Assembly: GCA_030264375.1 (NCBI GenBank)
Contig: JASCQW010000132.1
Location: forward strand, 75,193,029 to 75,257,028
Direction: 5' to 3'
From: Carcharhinus longimanus
Taxonomy: Eukaryota
Length of the DNA stretch: 64,000 nucleotides
The notes below the pieces were generated by a model. It saw only the letters and a program-made list of their open reading frames with translations, was not told where the DNA came from and searched no databases. Positions within the stretch are counted from its first letter, which is position 1, and each line of letters opens with the position of its first letter. Both the position numbers and the translations under genes were made by a program. Positions 1 through 12,793 of this stretch are shown piece by piece.

Positions 1-592
1 TGGAACTATATAAAATGTTGATTCATCCACAGCTTGAGTTTTGTGTACATTTCTGGTCACCACATTACAGGAAGGATACAATTGCTTTGGAGAGAGTGCA
101 GAGGAGATTTACAAGAATGTTGCCAGAGCTTGAAAATTGTAGCCATGAAGAGGGATTGGATAGGCTAGGGTTGTTTTACCTTTGAACAGAAGAGGTTAAG
201 AGGTGACAAAATTGAAGCTTACAAAATTGTGGGAGGCCTAGCTAGGATAAACAGGAAAAACTTGATTCCTGAATTGAATTATCAGGGGGCATAGCTTTAA
301 GGTGATTGGTTGAAGGATTAGAGGGGACATGAGGAAAAACCTTTTCACCCAGAGCGTGGTGATCTTCTAGAATTCATTGCATAAGTTGGTGGTTGAGGCT
401 GAAATGATCAACTCAGTTAAAAGATACCTGGATCTGCATCTGAAATGCTGTAACCTGCAAAGCTAGGGGCCAAGCGCTGGGAAGTGAGATTAAAATGAAT
501 GGCTAATTTCTTTGTTCTTTCTATTGGCTGGTGCAGACATGATGGACTGAATGGCCTCCTTCTGTCAAGTATCTTTGCTATGGTTCTATGGT
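1..592 (+). mobile_element. CR1-type LINE, 3' end of ORF2 plus 3' UTR (decayed)
   Basis: Translates to LYKMLIHPQLEFCVHFWSPHYRKDTIALERVQRRFTRMLPELE..., the typical CR1 ORF2 C-terminus; ends in gatggactgaatggcctccttctg...ctatggttctatgg tail. Confidence 0.9.
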
Positions 593-647
593 TATTTTCT
601 AGAAATTAACATTAATTCTAACTGTAATAAGAAATTAATTATGCAGA

Positions 648-1521
648 GGCCATAACTTCCCCAGAGTGGCAATTAACCTGCACTACATTTCTTCAGTGTC
701 TGTCTTGCCTGACCATCCTTACCCAGGCTGGATGAGATCCAAGCTGCACATGGGTCCCTGCATTGATAATTGGAGTCCAGAAGAATCACAGCAAAGAGGG
801 GAATGCCCCCTTTTACAGCACTTGCTGCCATAAAGCAAGTTTAAAGGTCCCATTAAAAATAACAGGCCATAGAGAAAGTAAATGTCTACGGTAAATGGGT
901 GGAATTGCTGGAGGGGGCTTCGGACATTGGGACTATGGACATTGGGAGGGTGGAAGTGGGGCTGGACATGGAGGTGGGCACTGGAACTGTTGGGAGATTG
1001 GGTCGGATCGGAGGTTGGTGCGGATCCAGGTGGGTCAGGTCGGCTTGCCAGGGGTGGGTTGGGTCTGTTTGGAATGAAAGTCAGGTCTTGGGGGAAGAGG
1101 TCCAGCCAGGTTGGGTGGGAGTGAGGATCGGGTCAAGACAGTGGGAGGGGCATGGAAGGAGTAGGTGGAAATCCTTTTCAGTGATGGGGAAATCCCATAG
1201 AGGTTAAGGTGTGTTCAGGTGGGGGGGCGGGTGGGGAGCAGTGCGGGCAGATTGTTATGGTCAGGGTGCCCTGCGCAGTGATTGGTCTTGGTATTTAAAA
1301 TATTTATATTGAAGTTAGAAGTAATTTTATTTCTTCCAACTTTTATAAAGTAACTATGAAGGTAACAATTGTGGAAGTATCGGAGGTTAGAGATTTAATT
1401 TGCTTTGTTGGAAGATTCCCAGCCCAGCACAATTGTTCAGGGGAAATTTGCATTTCTGGGTAGTTGTGCATCTTTGGGATACCCTCAAATCAGATGCTTC
1501 GGAGTCAGGAAGCTATGGGTC
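648..1521 (+). mobile_element. Non-autonomous DNA transposon-like element with terminal inverted repeats and a G-rich interior
   Basis: ggccataacttcc (648-660) and ggaagctatgggtc (1508-1521) are imperfect inverted termini; a related copy lies in the opposite orientation from 1688. Confidence 0.55.
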
Positions 1522-1687
1522 TATAAATATTGAAAGAATGCACTGGACTTTTAGAGTTGTTTCATTCACTTGAGCATCTCTCAAGGTAAATGCAAGGGTG
1601 AGTCAATGATTCTTTCTCCTTAGCTGGGTCAGAGGTATCTCGTTAACCTGATGGCCTTCTACTAATTTAACAATTATGGTAAACTTT

Positions 1688-2017
1688 GGGCCATAGCTTC
1701 TGAGCTCTAGGGTAGTGTAACTGCTTATACTCAAAAGATGCACTAAAGAATCCTTCAGCCCAGGTAATGACTGCGCAGCAACTGCCTAGGCAGTGCAAAT
1801 CTCTGATGGGCAACTACCCTATGTTGGGAAACCTTTGAAACTGTTTTACATCACAAACTTCAGATAGTTCTAAATGAGCTATATAGTTACCCAGAAAAAG
1901 TCAGAAGAATTAAACCATTTCTAACTTCAGAATAATTATAGTACAGAACCATACCAACCCCCCAGTAGAACTCCAGTTGTCTTACAACCCTCCGACTATC
2001 CCACTTGCACGGGACTC

Positions 2018-2052
<35 letters not shown>

Positions 2053-2550
2053 CCACCCCACCCCACCGACCGCCCCTGCCTTTCCCACTCCCAACTCTCC
2101 CACACATCTTCATGAATACCCCACTCCCATAGGACTCCCCCTACTAGCACATCTCCACAGGATTTCCCCCACACCGACATGACTACCCCATCTCCATGAG
2201 AGCTTGCCAACCCCACAGGCATTCTCTCCCCAAGACTGACTCCCACCTCCTCCCCACCCCTGCCTTTAAGGCCTGACTGCTGACCTCAGCAATGCCCCCA
2301 GCCAAGGCCTGACTACCAACCCCTCATCATCACTACCTACCCCCAAAACTTCCATTGGCCCGGTCAACCTTTGAACTTATCTGATTTATGGCAGGTAGTG
2401 TCATAAGAAAAAGAGGGTGTGACTTATTCACCAGTAACTGAGTTGCTCTCAGTGGTAGACCCCAGGATCACATTACACCATACCTATATCAGCTGGTTTA
2501 AGGCAACAGGTCGGAGAGATAGGATCACTTGGATTTCCTGGTAAATACTT
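1688..2550 (-). mobile_element. Second, inverted copy of the same non-autonomous element (C-rich interior, poly-C tract at about 2018-2051)
   Basis: 1688-1940 aligns by eye with the reverse complement of 1290-1521 (ccatagcttc, caaaagatgcac, tgcaaat, atagttac, ttctaacttca blocks in the same order). Confidence 0.55.
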
Positions 2551-2589
2551 TACACTTAATTTTAAATGGCCTCTTTCAAGCCATTGCCT

Positions 2590-2705
2590 AGGGCGCAATC
2601 ATACCGGCTCTTCACGCCGCACTCCCGTTGCGGCAAGGTAGGAGAATTTGGTGCCCAGTCAAATCTCCATTCACTGCAGCATGAATGGCGGTAATATTCT
2701 GGCCT
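2590..2705. mobile_element. Short hairpin MITE (Harbinger/Tourist-like)
   Basis: gggcgcaatcatacc...ggtaatattctggcc imperfect inverted termini flanked by tag/tta; related copies at 9696, 11866, 13857, 25287 and 40748. Confidence 0.5.
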
Positions 2706-4687
2706 TAGTCTTTTTTTTTGTTTTGAATCTGTTTGACAAATCTGGTTCTAAACTTATTTTTCTATGGACATGTGCAATATTGATTGGTTATGCTGAATGG
2801 TAATAAAATACTTGACAATGCTTAAGATCTGAACGTGAATGTACAAATCTTACATAACAGGTTCTTATTACCTGTCCTTCAGATCATTTAGAATCCTCCA
2901 ATAAAATTGCAATTTGCTTCTATTCTTGTGCTGCCCCTTCACTTCAACTCCGACTGGACATTCTTTGGTTGCTCTGATTCCCCAACTACAACTGAGCTAT
3001 CCCTTGAGCTGCACTGTGGTTTAAGTGCTCTCACTCAGAGCTGCCAATGTACTTACAAATGAGAAAACAAAAGCATGAACCCGATAACAGTTCACACCGA
3101 CTTTAACTGTTGCCATAGTGATAATATCTGCATGATGTCATCTGTGGCACTGATTCAACATTGCACAGTAGGAATAGGTGCCAAATGCAATGTGCTACTC
3201 TGAACCAGCTATTCCAAAAGGATAATATTTGGATTAACCATCCAAAAATATGGTTCGAGAGAAAAAAAAAATCCTGACACCATTTTTCAAAAGAAGCATT
3301 GAGAACACTTGCCAGGTGCTACAGGTTCTCTCAAATAGCCTTGCGTCAGGCATAATCTGTGCCAATATGTTACAGAAGTCCGATTAATTCTTAATGAGAA
3401 AGAAACCTTTTTTTTAAGCATACGGGATTTAGTAATTCTAGAAAAGCCTGTTGGAACGCACCTGTAATTAAATTGGAAAGGAAAAGGAAGAAAGAGCAAA
3501 AAATAAAGAGAGGAAGGAAAGGAGAGAGACACAATTAAAAAAAAAACAAGCCATGAACATTTGAGCTGGTATTATTGTTAATCATCCTCTGTTGCACTTT
3601 AAGGATTCAATTGTGCAGCACTCCTGTGTCTGGCCATAGGTAAAGGGTAATATGCAGTGTTCCCATCCACATATGATGGGTATAGTATAATGATCAAATA
3701 ACGGAAATATATGTTTCCTGCCATTCATCATAGGAATGCCTATAATGGCTGTTTGGTCCTGGTATCTGGTGTATGTATAGCAAATTGAAAATTTAAGATG
3801 CCATCATTGATTGCGGTGTCTTTAGCTTTTAAACAGAGGTTTTCAGCAACTTACACTACGAGAAGCCTTGGGTTAATCTACATTATGTCTCCATGGAGAC
3901 TGCTCTGCAAAGACCCAAGAGCCCAACAAAATTATTTAAGTACTTTGGTACTTAAGTACCAAGTAGGACTCAGCCAAATTCTACTATAGCTGGTCACTTA
4001 TCCTTAGCAGGATACCTACATTTTGTGGTCTATCTGGCCATAACAGTTTTAAAACAATTGTCAGGAAAAAAACACTTAAAGTGGTACTTTAAAATAATCA
4101 GAATTATTTGCATGCTCATTCTGAAACAACACAAGAATCAGGACAAAATTTGGAGATCAAAGTTTTAAGTCACATTTAATGTGAACAGAATGGGACATGA
4201 ATATCTCATACTGTCTTCTGATACTCTCATTGATACTGGTATAGCATATCAGCTCAAAGTGAACTATTACAAGCCAAAAATATATTCTGTTATAGGTCAT
4301 GTTAATTTCCCCCAAAGACATACATGCTTTTGTATTTCAGAGGCTCATTAAAATTATCCTTATTACAGACTCACTTGTCAGCATTGGAAGCCTCCTCCTT
4401 TGTAATATTTTTGCTTTAAATTTTTAAAGCAGATTAACGGATACTTCATGCAGAATTGTACAATGAGGTTTTTTTTAAAAAAATTCCTCTCCTGAATAGA
4501 AATAGAAGTTTCTTGGGCTGGAATATTGAGTTTGTTAGCAAGAACTTGAAATCAGGAAAGAAGCAGAAAGATTAGAAGGCCAATAATCAATGCTTTTTCT
4601 GATTGACGTTTCCTCATCAAAGTAAGAACTGATAGTATTAAAACAGCAACTAAATAAAAATAGTCATAATGCCACATTAGGTAATCT

Positions 4688-5235
4688 AGGGGAGACGGTG
4701 AGGTAGTGGTTAATTGGGTTCAAATCATTGGTGAGCCAATGGTTAATTGGGTTCAAATCCCACTACAGTAGCTGCTGGAATCTTTTTTAAATTCATTTGT
4801 GGGACATGGGTGTCACTTGCTGGCCAGCATCTATTGTCCATCCCTAGTTGCCCTCAGAGGGCAATTGAGAGTCAACTGTGGCTCTAGAGTCACAAGTGGG
4901 CCAGAGCAGGTAAGGATGTCAGATTTCCTTCCCTAAAAGGACATTAGTGAACCAGATGGGAGGACACTAGTGAACCAATTAAATTAGTTGAAAGCTAGTT
5001 TCAGTAATGGTGATCATGAAACTATCACTCAAAATGATAAAAACCCTTCTAGCTCACTAATGTCCTTTACAATAGGGAATCTCCTGCCTCTGCCCAGGCT
5101 GGCCTCTTTGACTCCAGACCCACGACAATGTGATTGACCCTTAACTGCCCTTTGACATTCAGTTCAGGGGTAGCTACAGATGGGCAATAAAGGCAGGCCT
5201 TGCCAGTGGTGCTCATATCCCCGAAGAAATAAAGG
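4688..5235 (+). mobile_element. tRNA-headed SINE (same family as 20724-21084) with an inverted 3' fragment of the same SINE nested at about 4783-4975
   Basis: Head ggggagacggtgaggtagtgg...gggttcaaatccc; body ctcactaatgtccttt...gactccagacccac; tail gatgggcaataaaggcagg; the inner segment matches the reverse complement of body and tail. Confidence 0.75.
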
Positions 5236-6280
5236 AACAAACACTTACTTTATTTTTAAGTGTTTAATATATTTCAGCCTTTATTTTAACTGGGACAAAG
5301 ATACAGAAAGGAAAACAGCAACTGAGGTATCTCCAGGGCAACATGTTCCATTGACGTTGTACGAAATACTGAGCCATTAATTATTAGTCAAGCCAGATAT
5401 AAATGCAAAGATAAAGTCATGACAATAGTGCTGTATGAATCACTCCTAATTAATTACAAGAAAATTAAGAAATAAGCAGGCAGGGAAGGAAAAGATGCCA
5501 CCATAGTTCGCTATCAGACAGCTCCCTCTGTGCATTTTTCTCTAGATTAATTAATTCTGATTGTGAGAAAAAGGAAGCTGATCCAGGTGGCAATATTAAA
5601 GTTTCCCGATGACCTTATATTTGTGCAAACATGCTTCCTTTTACCATTTTGGGACTGCACAAAATGTTGGCAACACGAGGGACACACTTAGGTTTGTAGA
5701 ACAAATCATTTAGATCATTATAGTTTAAATATGAAAAACCCAAATACTAAGTCCAGATAAAATATGTTGCTATTTAAGATTCTCTCTCTTTCTGGCAATG
5801 TGAAATGAAATGGTCGCATGGCCAACCATGTAGAAGATTGAACTATTTTCCAAAGGGCTTATAGTTTCGGTAATAACCAAAAGGCACCAAAAAAACCCAA
5901 AGGCTGGGAAATGTCTCGCAGCTGCTCGCTTTTTGATGACTTCCTGCAGCCAAAGTCATACATTTCCCAGCCAGAGTCAGAAATATTCAGCAGCTGTTTA
6001 CATTTTAGTTCGACAACAGTGAAATTGCAACACGTGGAACTAGAATGATATAAAATTCCGGTCACATCAAAGTCATCAACCAATCCTGCAAACAGAATAG
6101 ATAATCCCACTGAGGGATGCCCATGATAAACTGAAATTCCACACCTCCAGATTAACCAAACATGCCTAAACTTGACATATGACTGCAGTGACCAATCATT
6201 CAAACAGCCCGCCCACCTGCTCCTCTAGCCAATGATGCAATGATAGAATCCCTGCAGTCCAGGAATTGAACCTGGGTCAA

Positions 6281-6514
6281 ATCATAGAAACCCTACAGCA
6301 CAGAAAAGGCCATTTGGCCCATCGAGTCTGCACCGACCCATAATCCCACCCAGGCCTACCCCCATATCCCGACATATTTACCCACTAATCCCTCTAATCT
6401 ATGCATCTCAGGACACTAAGGACAATTTTAGCATGGCCTATCAACCTAATCTGCACATCTTTGGACTGTGGGAGGAAACCGGAGCACCCAGAGGAAACCC
6501 ACACAGACACGAGG
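6281..6514 (-). mobile_element. HE1-type (V-SINE) shark SINE, truncated by an assembly gap
   Basis: Reverse complement contains gggtttcctctgggtgctccggtttcctcccacagtccaaagatgtgcagattaggttg and the CR1-derived tail gggccaaatggcc...ctgtagggtttctatgat. Confidence 0.9.
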
Positions 6515-9500
6515 NNNNNNNNNNNNNNNNNNNNNNNNNNNNNNNNNNNNNNNNNNNNNNNNNNNNNNNNNNNNNNNNNNNNNNNNNNNNNNNNNNNNNN
6601 NNNNNNNNNNNNNNNNNNNNNNNNNNNNNNNNNNNNNNNNNNNNNNNNNNNNNNNNNNNNNNNNNNNNNNNNNNNNNNNNNNNNNNNNNNNNNNNNNNNN
6701 NNNNNNNNNNNNNNNNNNNNNNNNNNNNNNNNNNNNNNNNNNNNNNNNNNNNNNNNNNNNNNNNNNNNNNNNNNNNNNNNNNNNNNNNNNNNNNNNNNNN
6801 NNNNNNNNNNNNNNNNNNNNNNNNNNNNNNNNNNNNNNNNNNNNNNNNNNNNNNNNNNNNNNNNNNNNNNNNNNNNNNNNNNNNNNNNNNNNNNNNNNNN
6901 NNNNNNNNNNNNNNNNNNNNNNNNNNNNNNNNNNNNNNNNNNNNNNNNNNNNNNNNNNNNNNNNNCTTCTCTCGAGGCTGTGCCCTTGAGTCCTGCTATC
7001 CTTCTTAAGCAGGAAGAATCTCTCTACCACTACCCTATCTATCTCCTTCATTATCTTATACGTCTCTAAGATCCCCCCTCAGCCTTCTAAACTCTAACAA
7101 GTACAGACCCAGTCTATTCAGTCTCTCTTCATAGGCTAGCCCCCTCATCTCCAGTATCAGCTGATACATTTCCCAATGCAGCAACTGTTCAAACATAATT
7201 CATTGTATGACATAGAGCGCACACACTTTATCCAAATGTCAAAGTTACTTTCTGTAAACTGACCCCATTACTTATTAATAATACCCCTAATGTTGTAAAA
7301 CAGTATATCCTTCAATCTCAGTGTGATAACATTAAGAATAAATACAAAATATATTAATTCCTGTTGTCACTTTGCAGTTCATTGTTGGCATTACAATTTT
7401 GAATTTCTGCATTTAGAAGGAGCTGTGTATATACACTTTTGTGGTGTAAAGGTTCCCCCATACTCACATTGGCACTGTAATGCTTCAGTTTTATGTCTCC
7501 CAGCTGCTCGGGTATACTGCTGAGCAAATTCTTTATCAGAAACAGTTCCCCTTCTCAAATTGTGATACTTTTTTCCGTAACTACAGTCATATAGTATCAA
7601 AGTCTTATACCCAGGATAGATCGGCTGACCTCCAAATGGGAAATAAATAATGCACATACTGAGTAAGGACAGAAGGCTTTTTTAAATTTAGTTAGGGCAT
7701 CATGATTGCCATGGGCTTGGAGGGCTGAAGGACCTGTTCCTGTGTTGTACTGTTCTTTGTACGTTATTGTCCCAATTACCACCCGCCATTTAATCCTGCT
7801 TCGCCCTAACAAATGCATTTATATTTGCCCTAACAAATGCATTTGACTCCCTGAGGTAAATTTTTATTTTCATTGCCTGAATAATAATCTAGAATGGAGA
7901 TAGCCCTTCTTTTAAAAGATGTCCACTCATGAAATTTAATGGAATGAAAGCTGGATGGGTTTTATAACAAGAAAGTACAAGAGTAGGCTGCTAACCCCTT
8001 CAAACTATTTTGTCATTCAATTACATCATAGCTGATCTATACCTTAGCTTCTTTTCCCTCCTTTGGTTCCACGATCCTAAATACAAAAACACATTAAACT
8101 CAGTTTTGAAATTTTCAATTCACTAAACCTGAGCAGTTGTTTTAAGGAAGGTTGGGGGAGGTGGGAAAACAGTTTCTGGTTTGCACCACACTTCGTGTGA
8201 AATAAGTGCTGCTTGAAATCATTCCATAGACAGATTACCATCCAGATGATGAAGAAGAGGGATGGACGCCAATGTCAGAGTGATTAAAATTGGAGATACC
8301 AATGCAGCCAGAATTGAAACAGCACAGATACCTTTGAGCTTATAGAACTAGGAGAGTTTACAGAGATAGGGAGAGATGAGGGGATTTGAAAGCCAGAGTG
8401 AGAAATAAAATTAAGTCATAGTTGAACTGGCATGTATGTCGGTCAACGAGCAAAAGGGCATTCAGTGATAGGAACTTGGTGCGAGTTAGAATACGACAGC
8501 ATTGTTTTGGAACAGTTTGCAGAGAATGAAAAAGAGGAACCTGACCAGGAATATGTTTAATTACCCAAGTCTAGAGGTAACAAAGACACGGATGAAGAGG
8601 TCAACAAAAAGTGAGCTGAGGCAGGAACAGAATAATGGAGGTGGAAGTGAACAGTTTTAATGATGGCACAGATACCTGGTTGGAATCTCAACTCCGGGTG
8701 AAATTTGGTACCAAGGTTGCAAACAGTCAGTGAATAGATTTTGTGGCAGAAACAATACAAAATCTGGACCATTTTCTAGTCTTGGGATTGAGATTTTTGC
8801 AGTCTTGAGACTGAATGTACACGCCAGAAGAAGATGGAAGTCTCAACTTGTGGACCTTTTTGAGAGAATTTTCCAGCAAGTTCAACTTTCACTGGACAAT
8901 TCCACTGGCCCTTGGACCTTCTGCGGAAGTCTCCAACTCTTGAGGTGGAGCTGGAGACTTAGGACAATTCTGATTTACTTACCTGAATTATTAGCAGGAA
9001 ATGTTCGACAGAAAATTCCAAGAATAATTCCTGAGTATCTACAGAATTGATCACGCAATCAGTCACACAGAACCCCAACTCCTCCCTGACCACCTCCAGG
9101 GCAGGGCAAGTGAAGTTGTTCCAGTCCAACCACCCCTCTCGAACACTTAAATCCAACTACCCAAATACCTGTACCAGCCAGGCCTGACAACTGCCCAAAC
9201 CACCTATCTGCTTCATCCATCTGCAACCCTCACCTGTTTTATCCGCTTATGCACTTAATTTACCACATAGCTGTTACACATTTCTATTTATTACTATTGA
9301 CCCGTGCAGAGATTTGCTCAATTCACGTATACACCAAAAATGATAAAATAGACCCAGCGCGGGAAACAGAAAGAGAAACAGCAGCAGCCATGGAAGCGAT
9401 CACATACCATTAATAAAGCTCTGTTCATTTTTAACCAAAGTCTGTCTTGTGCAATGGAGGCCAAATGGCTAAATATGTGTGAATAAATGACACTCTGAAG

Positions 9501-9695
9501 GCAGATTATAGAGCTGTCTGTGATAAATGAGATGCTAAAGCTTTAGGTACATCTGAGCGTTTTGATTATTTTGCACAGGCAAACAAAATAGCTGAGGATA
9601 TTATACTGTCGACGTTCCTGAATTGATGTAATTTTGTTCAACCTGATAAACCTGGCACTAAAACATACTAACAGATTAGAGAGGTTGGAGTCTAA

Positions 9696-9820
9696 GGCCG
9701 GAACTCTACCAGCTCGCCCGCCACAGAATCGGCATGGGCGAGGGCCTGGCAACAGAAATCTCCATTGAGGTCGGGCAGGAATTTCTGTCTCGCCCACGCA
9801 AGGGCATAAATGCCCGCCCA
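9696..9820. mobile_element. Short hairpin MITE (Harbinger/Tourist-like)
   Basis: taa|ggccggaactctacc...gcataaatgcccgccc|atag; internal aaatctccattga core shared with other copies. Confidence 0.5.
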
Positions 9821-10098
9821 TAGAATTGTAGAGTTTTGCAGCATGGAAAGAGGCCCTTCAGCCCATTATGTCCGTGCCATTCATCAAGCACCTATCTATT
9901 GTAATCACATTTTTCAACACTTGGCTTATAGCCTTGTATGTAATGGCATTTCAAATGCTCATCTAAATACTACTTAAACATTGTGAGGTTCCTACCACAG
10001 CTGCCTTTTGATATCCTGCACATACTTGAACATTTTGAAATGCTAATCAATTTTTGAACATGTGAGAACATGAGAAATTTTTAACACAACCAACTTAC

Positions 10099-10197
10099 CA
10101 GTACAACGGGACAAATAGAAGATGGCGGTAAGATATGGTCTTTCAGTGGTCCACAGTCACATTCAGGCTTAACATGGGAAGCACATTTGTTGTGGAG
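10099..10197 (-). CDS. DGKB: DGKB coding exon, C-terminal half of C1B domain ([33 protein letters not shown])
   Basis: 99 nt, phase 0-0; acceptor tttttgcag|CTC, donor CTG|gtaagt; the peptide closely matches the vertebrate DGK-beta [25 protein letters not shown] segment. Confidence 0.96.
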
Positions 10198-11989
10198 CTG
10201 CAAAAACGAAATCATTACGATTGAATATTTGGAATCAACTTGGCACTGAAAATAAATAATACACAAACCTAAAAACTAGTTTGCTATTTTAGCATAGCTA
10301 GTGGCCAGGAATTTCTTCAGAGTTGCTCATATTTCAGTACAATTTCACCAGAGCTGCATCATTACCTCTATTTTTGTTTATAAAGATCTCTACTCCACTT
10401 CTGGCAAAGTTGAGGCTATGGAATAGGAGCAGCTCCAAGGAAATCTGGGACCATATTGTACAGAGAACATCGTACAAACATTTTGAGCACACATCTGCTA
10501 ATATTGCCAGCATCCGTCTTTGGCCCATACTCCTTGATATTTCAACATGCCCTCAAATCTTTCCCTTCCCAGCCCAGCCCAAAATTCATATGTTGCTAAT
10601 TGGTCAGAACATGATTGATCAGCAAATCCATGCAGAGCACCCTAGAAGTGGTATCTTCAGTCTTCTACATGCATTATTTATTCTTTCTTTTTATGGAGTT
10701 TAGCTGTGCAGATTGAAACAGATTAAAGAACATTAACATAGCACACTTCATGCAAATTAATTTTTAAATTAACACTAAATTATCGGGTATGGGGGCGTCC
10801 CTCTTTATTGGACTCTCTGTGGTTTATTAAGTGACCTGGCTGAAGGGGAAGGGCCATTGAAAGCCAATCCCCCTGCCCTTGACTCTGATTCTCCCCTGTA
10901 CCCTTGTGTAGGCTTCTATCCCATTCACCTTTGATCTGGGGTTTCATGATTTTTCTGGGCCTTGTTGGGGGGTGGAGGGGGGGGGTGCAGATTCAAACAC
11001 CACCAGTTACCACCATTTCCACTGGCCTTAGGGGGTGACATGTAAAACTGCAGGCCTCTGATTTGGTGAGAAGTCTGCTGCCAGGGACCTTAATTGCAGG
11101 GGAGGCTTGATGATGACCATATCAGTGCCTGAAGGATTCCTTTGGACCTCCCCCATGGAATTGATGGATTTTCTCCACTGATTTGCTGTTTGGTGGGCAA
11201 GACCCACTTTGGCCCCACAACGTGGGCTTTGTTAGTCACCAATCTAAGAAGAAAATTGATGGACTTCACCTAGTGGTGAACAATGCAATGTCATAATTCA
11301 TTTCTCTCCAGGACAACTGAGAACTCATGAGGGAAACTGTTAGGTATACCAGTATTTTTCATTTTAAGATGCTGAAGATTCAATGCGTTGGAATTTTACA
11401 ATAGTAAGCCACTTCAAGTTATTCACAACCTGATAATAACATGAAGGAACCTCATCATTTTCTAAAGAAAAGGATCATATTTACATTTATGCATATTTTT
11501 TCAACATCTCAGGATGGCCCTGAACAACTCATAGCCAATGAATTAACTTTGCTGTGTAGTCACTGACAACAATGAGACAGGGGAGATAAATGCAGCAGGA
11601 TTCCAGAGTGGAGAAATGGGCCTGAACAGCAATGAGATTTTGGATAAGAGTTGGGTTATAAAAGTAGTGGGATTTGAGAATAGGGAGATTGGTTATAAAG
11701 GCAGCAGGATTTCAGAATGCTTTCCACTGCAGTCTGTGGATTCCAAACTCACGTTTTGAATGTGACATCTCAGGGAAGCAGTTAGGCAATTGGCTGCTGA
11801 GTATTTCATATTTATCTTATCTAGATTAAGCAATTTAAATTAGAGGAGAACATTATTTGAAACATTGGACAGGATTTTATGGCCTCGCTCGAGCAAATTT
11901 CCACCTGAGGTCAATGAAGATTTCTGTTGTCAGACTCTCATCTGCTCCAATTCTTGGCAGACGAGGCAGTAGAGTTCCAGCCAATAAGC

Positions 11990-12692
11990 ACAATCAAATT
12001 GAGGGGCATTTGTTAGAAAAAAATGCATTAGTTAATTAAAACACAATAAAGATGGCAGGGCAAGTGAAGTGTTGTAGCTGCAGTATATGGGAATTAAAGG
12101 ACACCAATGTGATTGATCCATGGCAAACACATCTGCACTAAGTGCCTGCAACTTGAGGATCTTCGGCTGAGTAAGGCATCAGCTAAAGAACAAGTTACCT
12201 AGATACTTTGTTCAGGAAGCCAGTCACCTCCCTTCAGCTAAGGTTGTTTGATTTTGTCCAAGGTCAGACACAGGAGGGTGTGACTGCATGTGATGCAGAT
12301 GTGGGGATCCATAAGGTGGAAGGGGAGCAGACTCAGTTTTTGAAATTGTTCTATAGATTCAAAGTTTTTGCAGCCTGTATGGGTGAAAACAGGGAATGAA
12401 GGGTGGATGAGCAAACTGACCATGGTACTATGGCACAGAAAGCCATTTAACCTGGAGAATAAATAGGAATTAAATGATACCGGGGATGTTATAGTTGGAG
12501 AAATAGGCACAATACTCTGTGGCCTTAAGAGTCCAGAAGGCTGAGTTGCCAGGCCAGTGCTATAGTCCAGGGCATCTGCTTGGGGCTGGAGAGGAACTTG
12601 CAGTGGGAGGAGATAGTTAAAGTTGGATACCTATAGATACCAGTGACATAAACAGGACTAGGAACAAGATTCTATTTAGGAAATATAAGCAG
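11990..12692 (+). mobile_element. CR1 LINE 5' region / ORF1 remnant (zinc finger followed by SGNH-esterase-like part)
   Basis: QVKCCSCSIWELKD...HICTKCLQLEDLRL followed by decayed ESRRLSC...GLERNLQWE and GTNDI-like motifs typical of vertebrate CR1 ORF1. Confidence 0.7.
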
Positions 12693-12793
12693 NNNNNNNN
12701 NNNNNNNNNNNNNNNNNNNNNNNNNNNNNNNNNNNNNNNNNNNNNNNNNNNNNNNNNNNNNNNNNNNNNNNNNNNNNNNNNNNNNNNNNNNNA

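Noticed and set aside
882-2246. Gly/Trp-rich ORFs (882-1207 plus, 2016-2246 minus)
   Set aside because: Products of G-rich low-complexity interiors of a non-autonomous repeat; no domain signature or splice support.
4372-4400. Possible 23-nt DGKB microexon (aag|GAGGAGGCTTCCAATGCTGACAA|gtgagt, minus)
   Set aside because: Good donor but no polypyrimidine tract, length not a multiple of 3, and no similarity to the expected DGKB linker.
6401-7069. Long ORFs of 170-220 aa across 6515-6965 (likewise at other N runs)
   Set aside because: Open only because they run through assembly gaps; the flanks are SINE/CR1 sequence.
7803-7845. 17-bp direct repeat ccctaacaaatgcattt x2
   Set aside because: Simple local tandem duplication; only two units, not an array or CRISPR.
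9543-9650. ERRQ peptide after ttcag on the minus strand, reminiscent of the DGKB EERQ exon start
   Set aside because: The following residues do not resemble DGKB and the frame runs to a stop without a donor.
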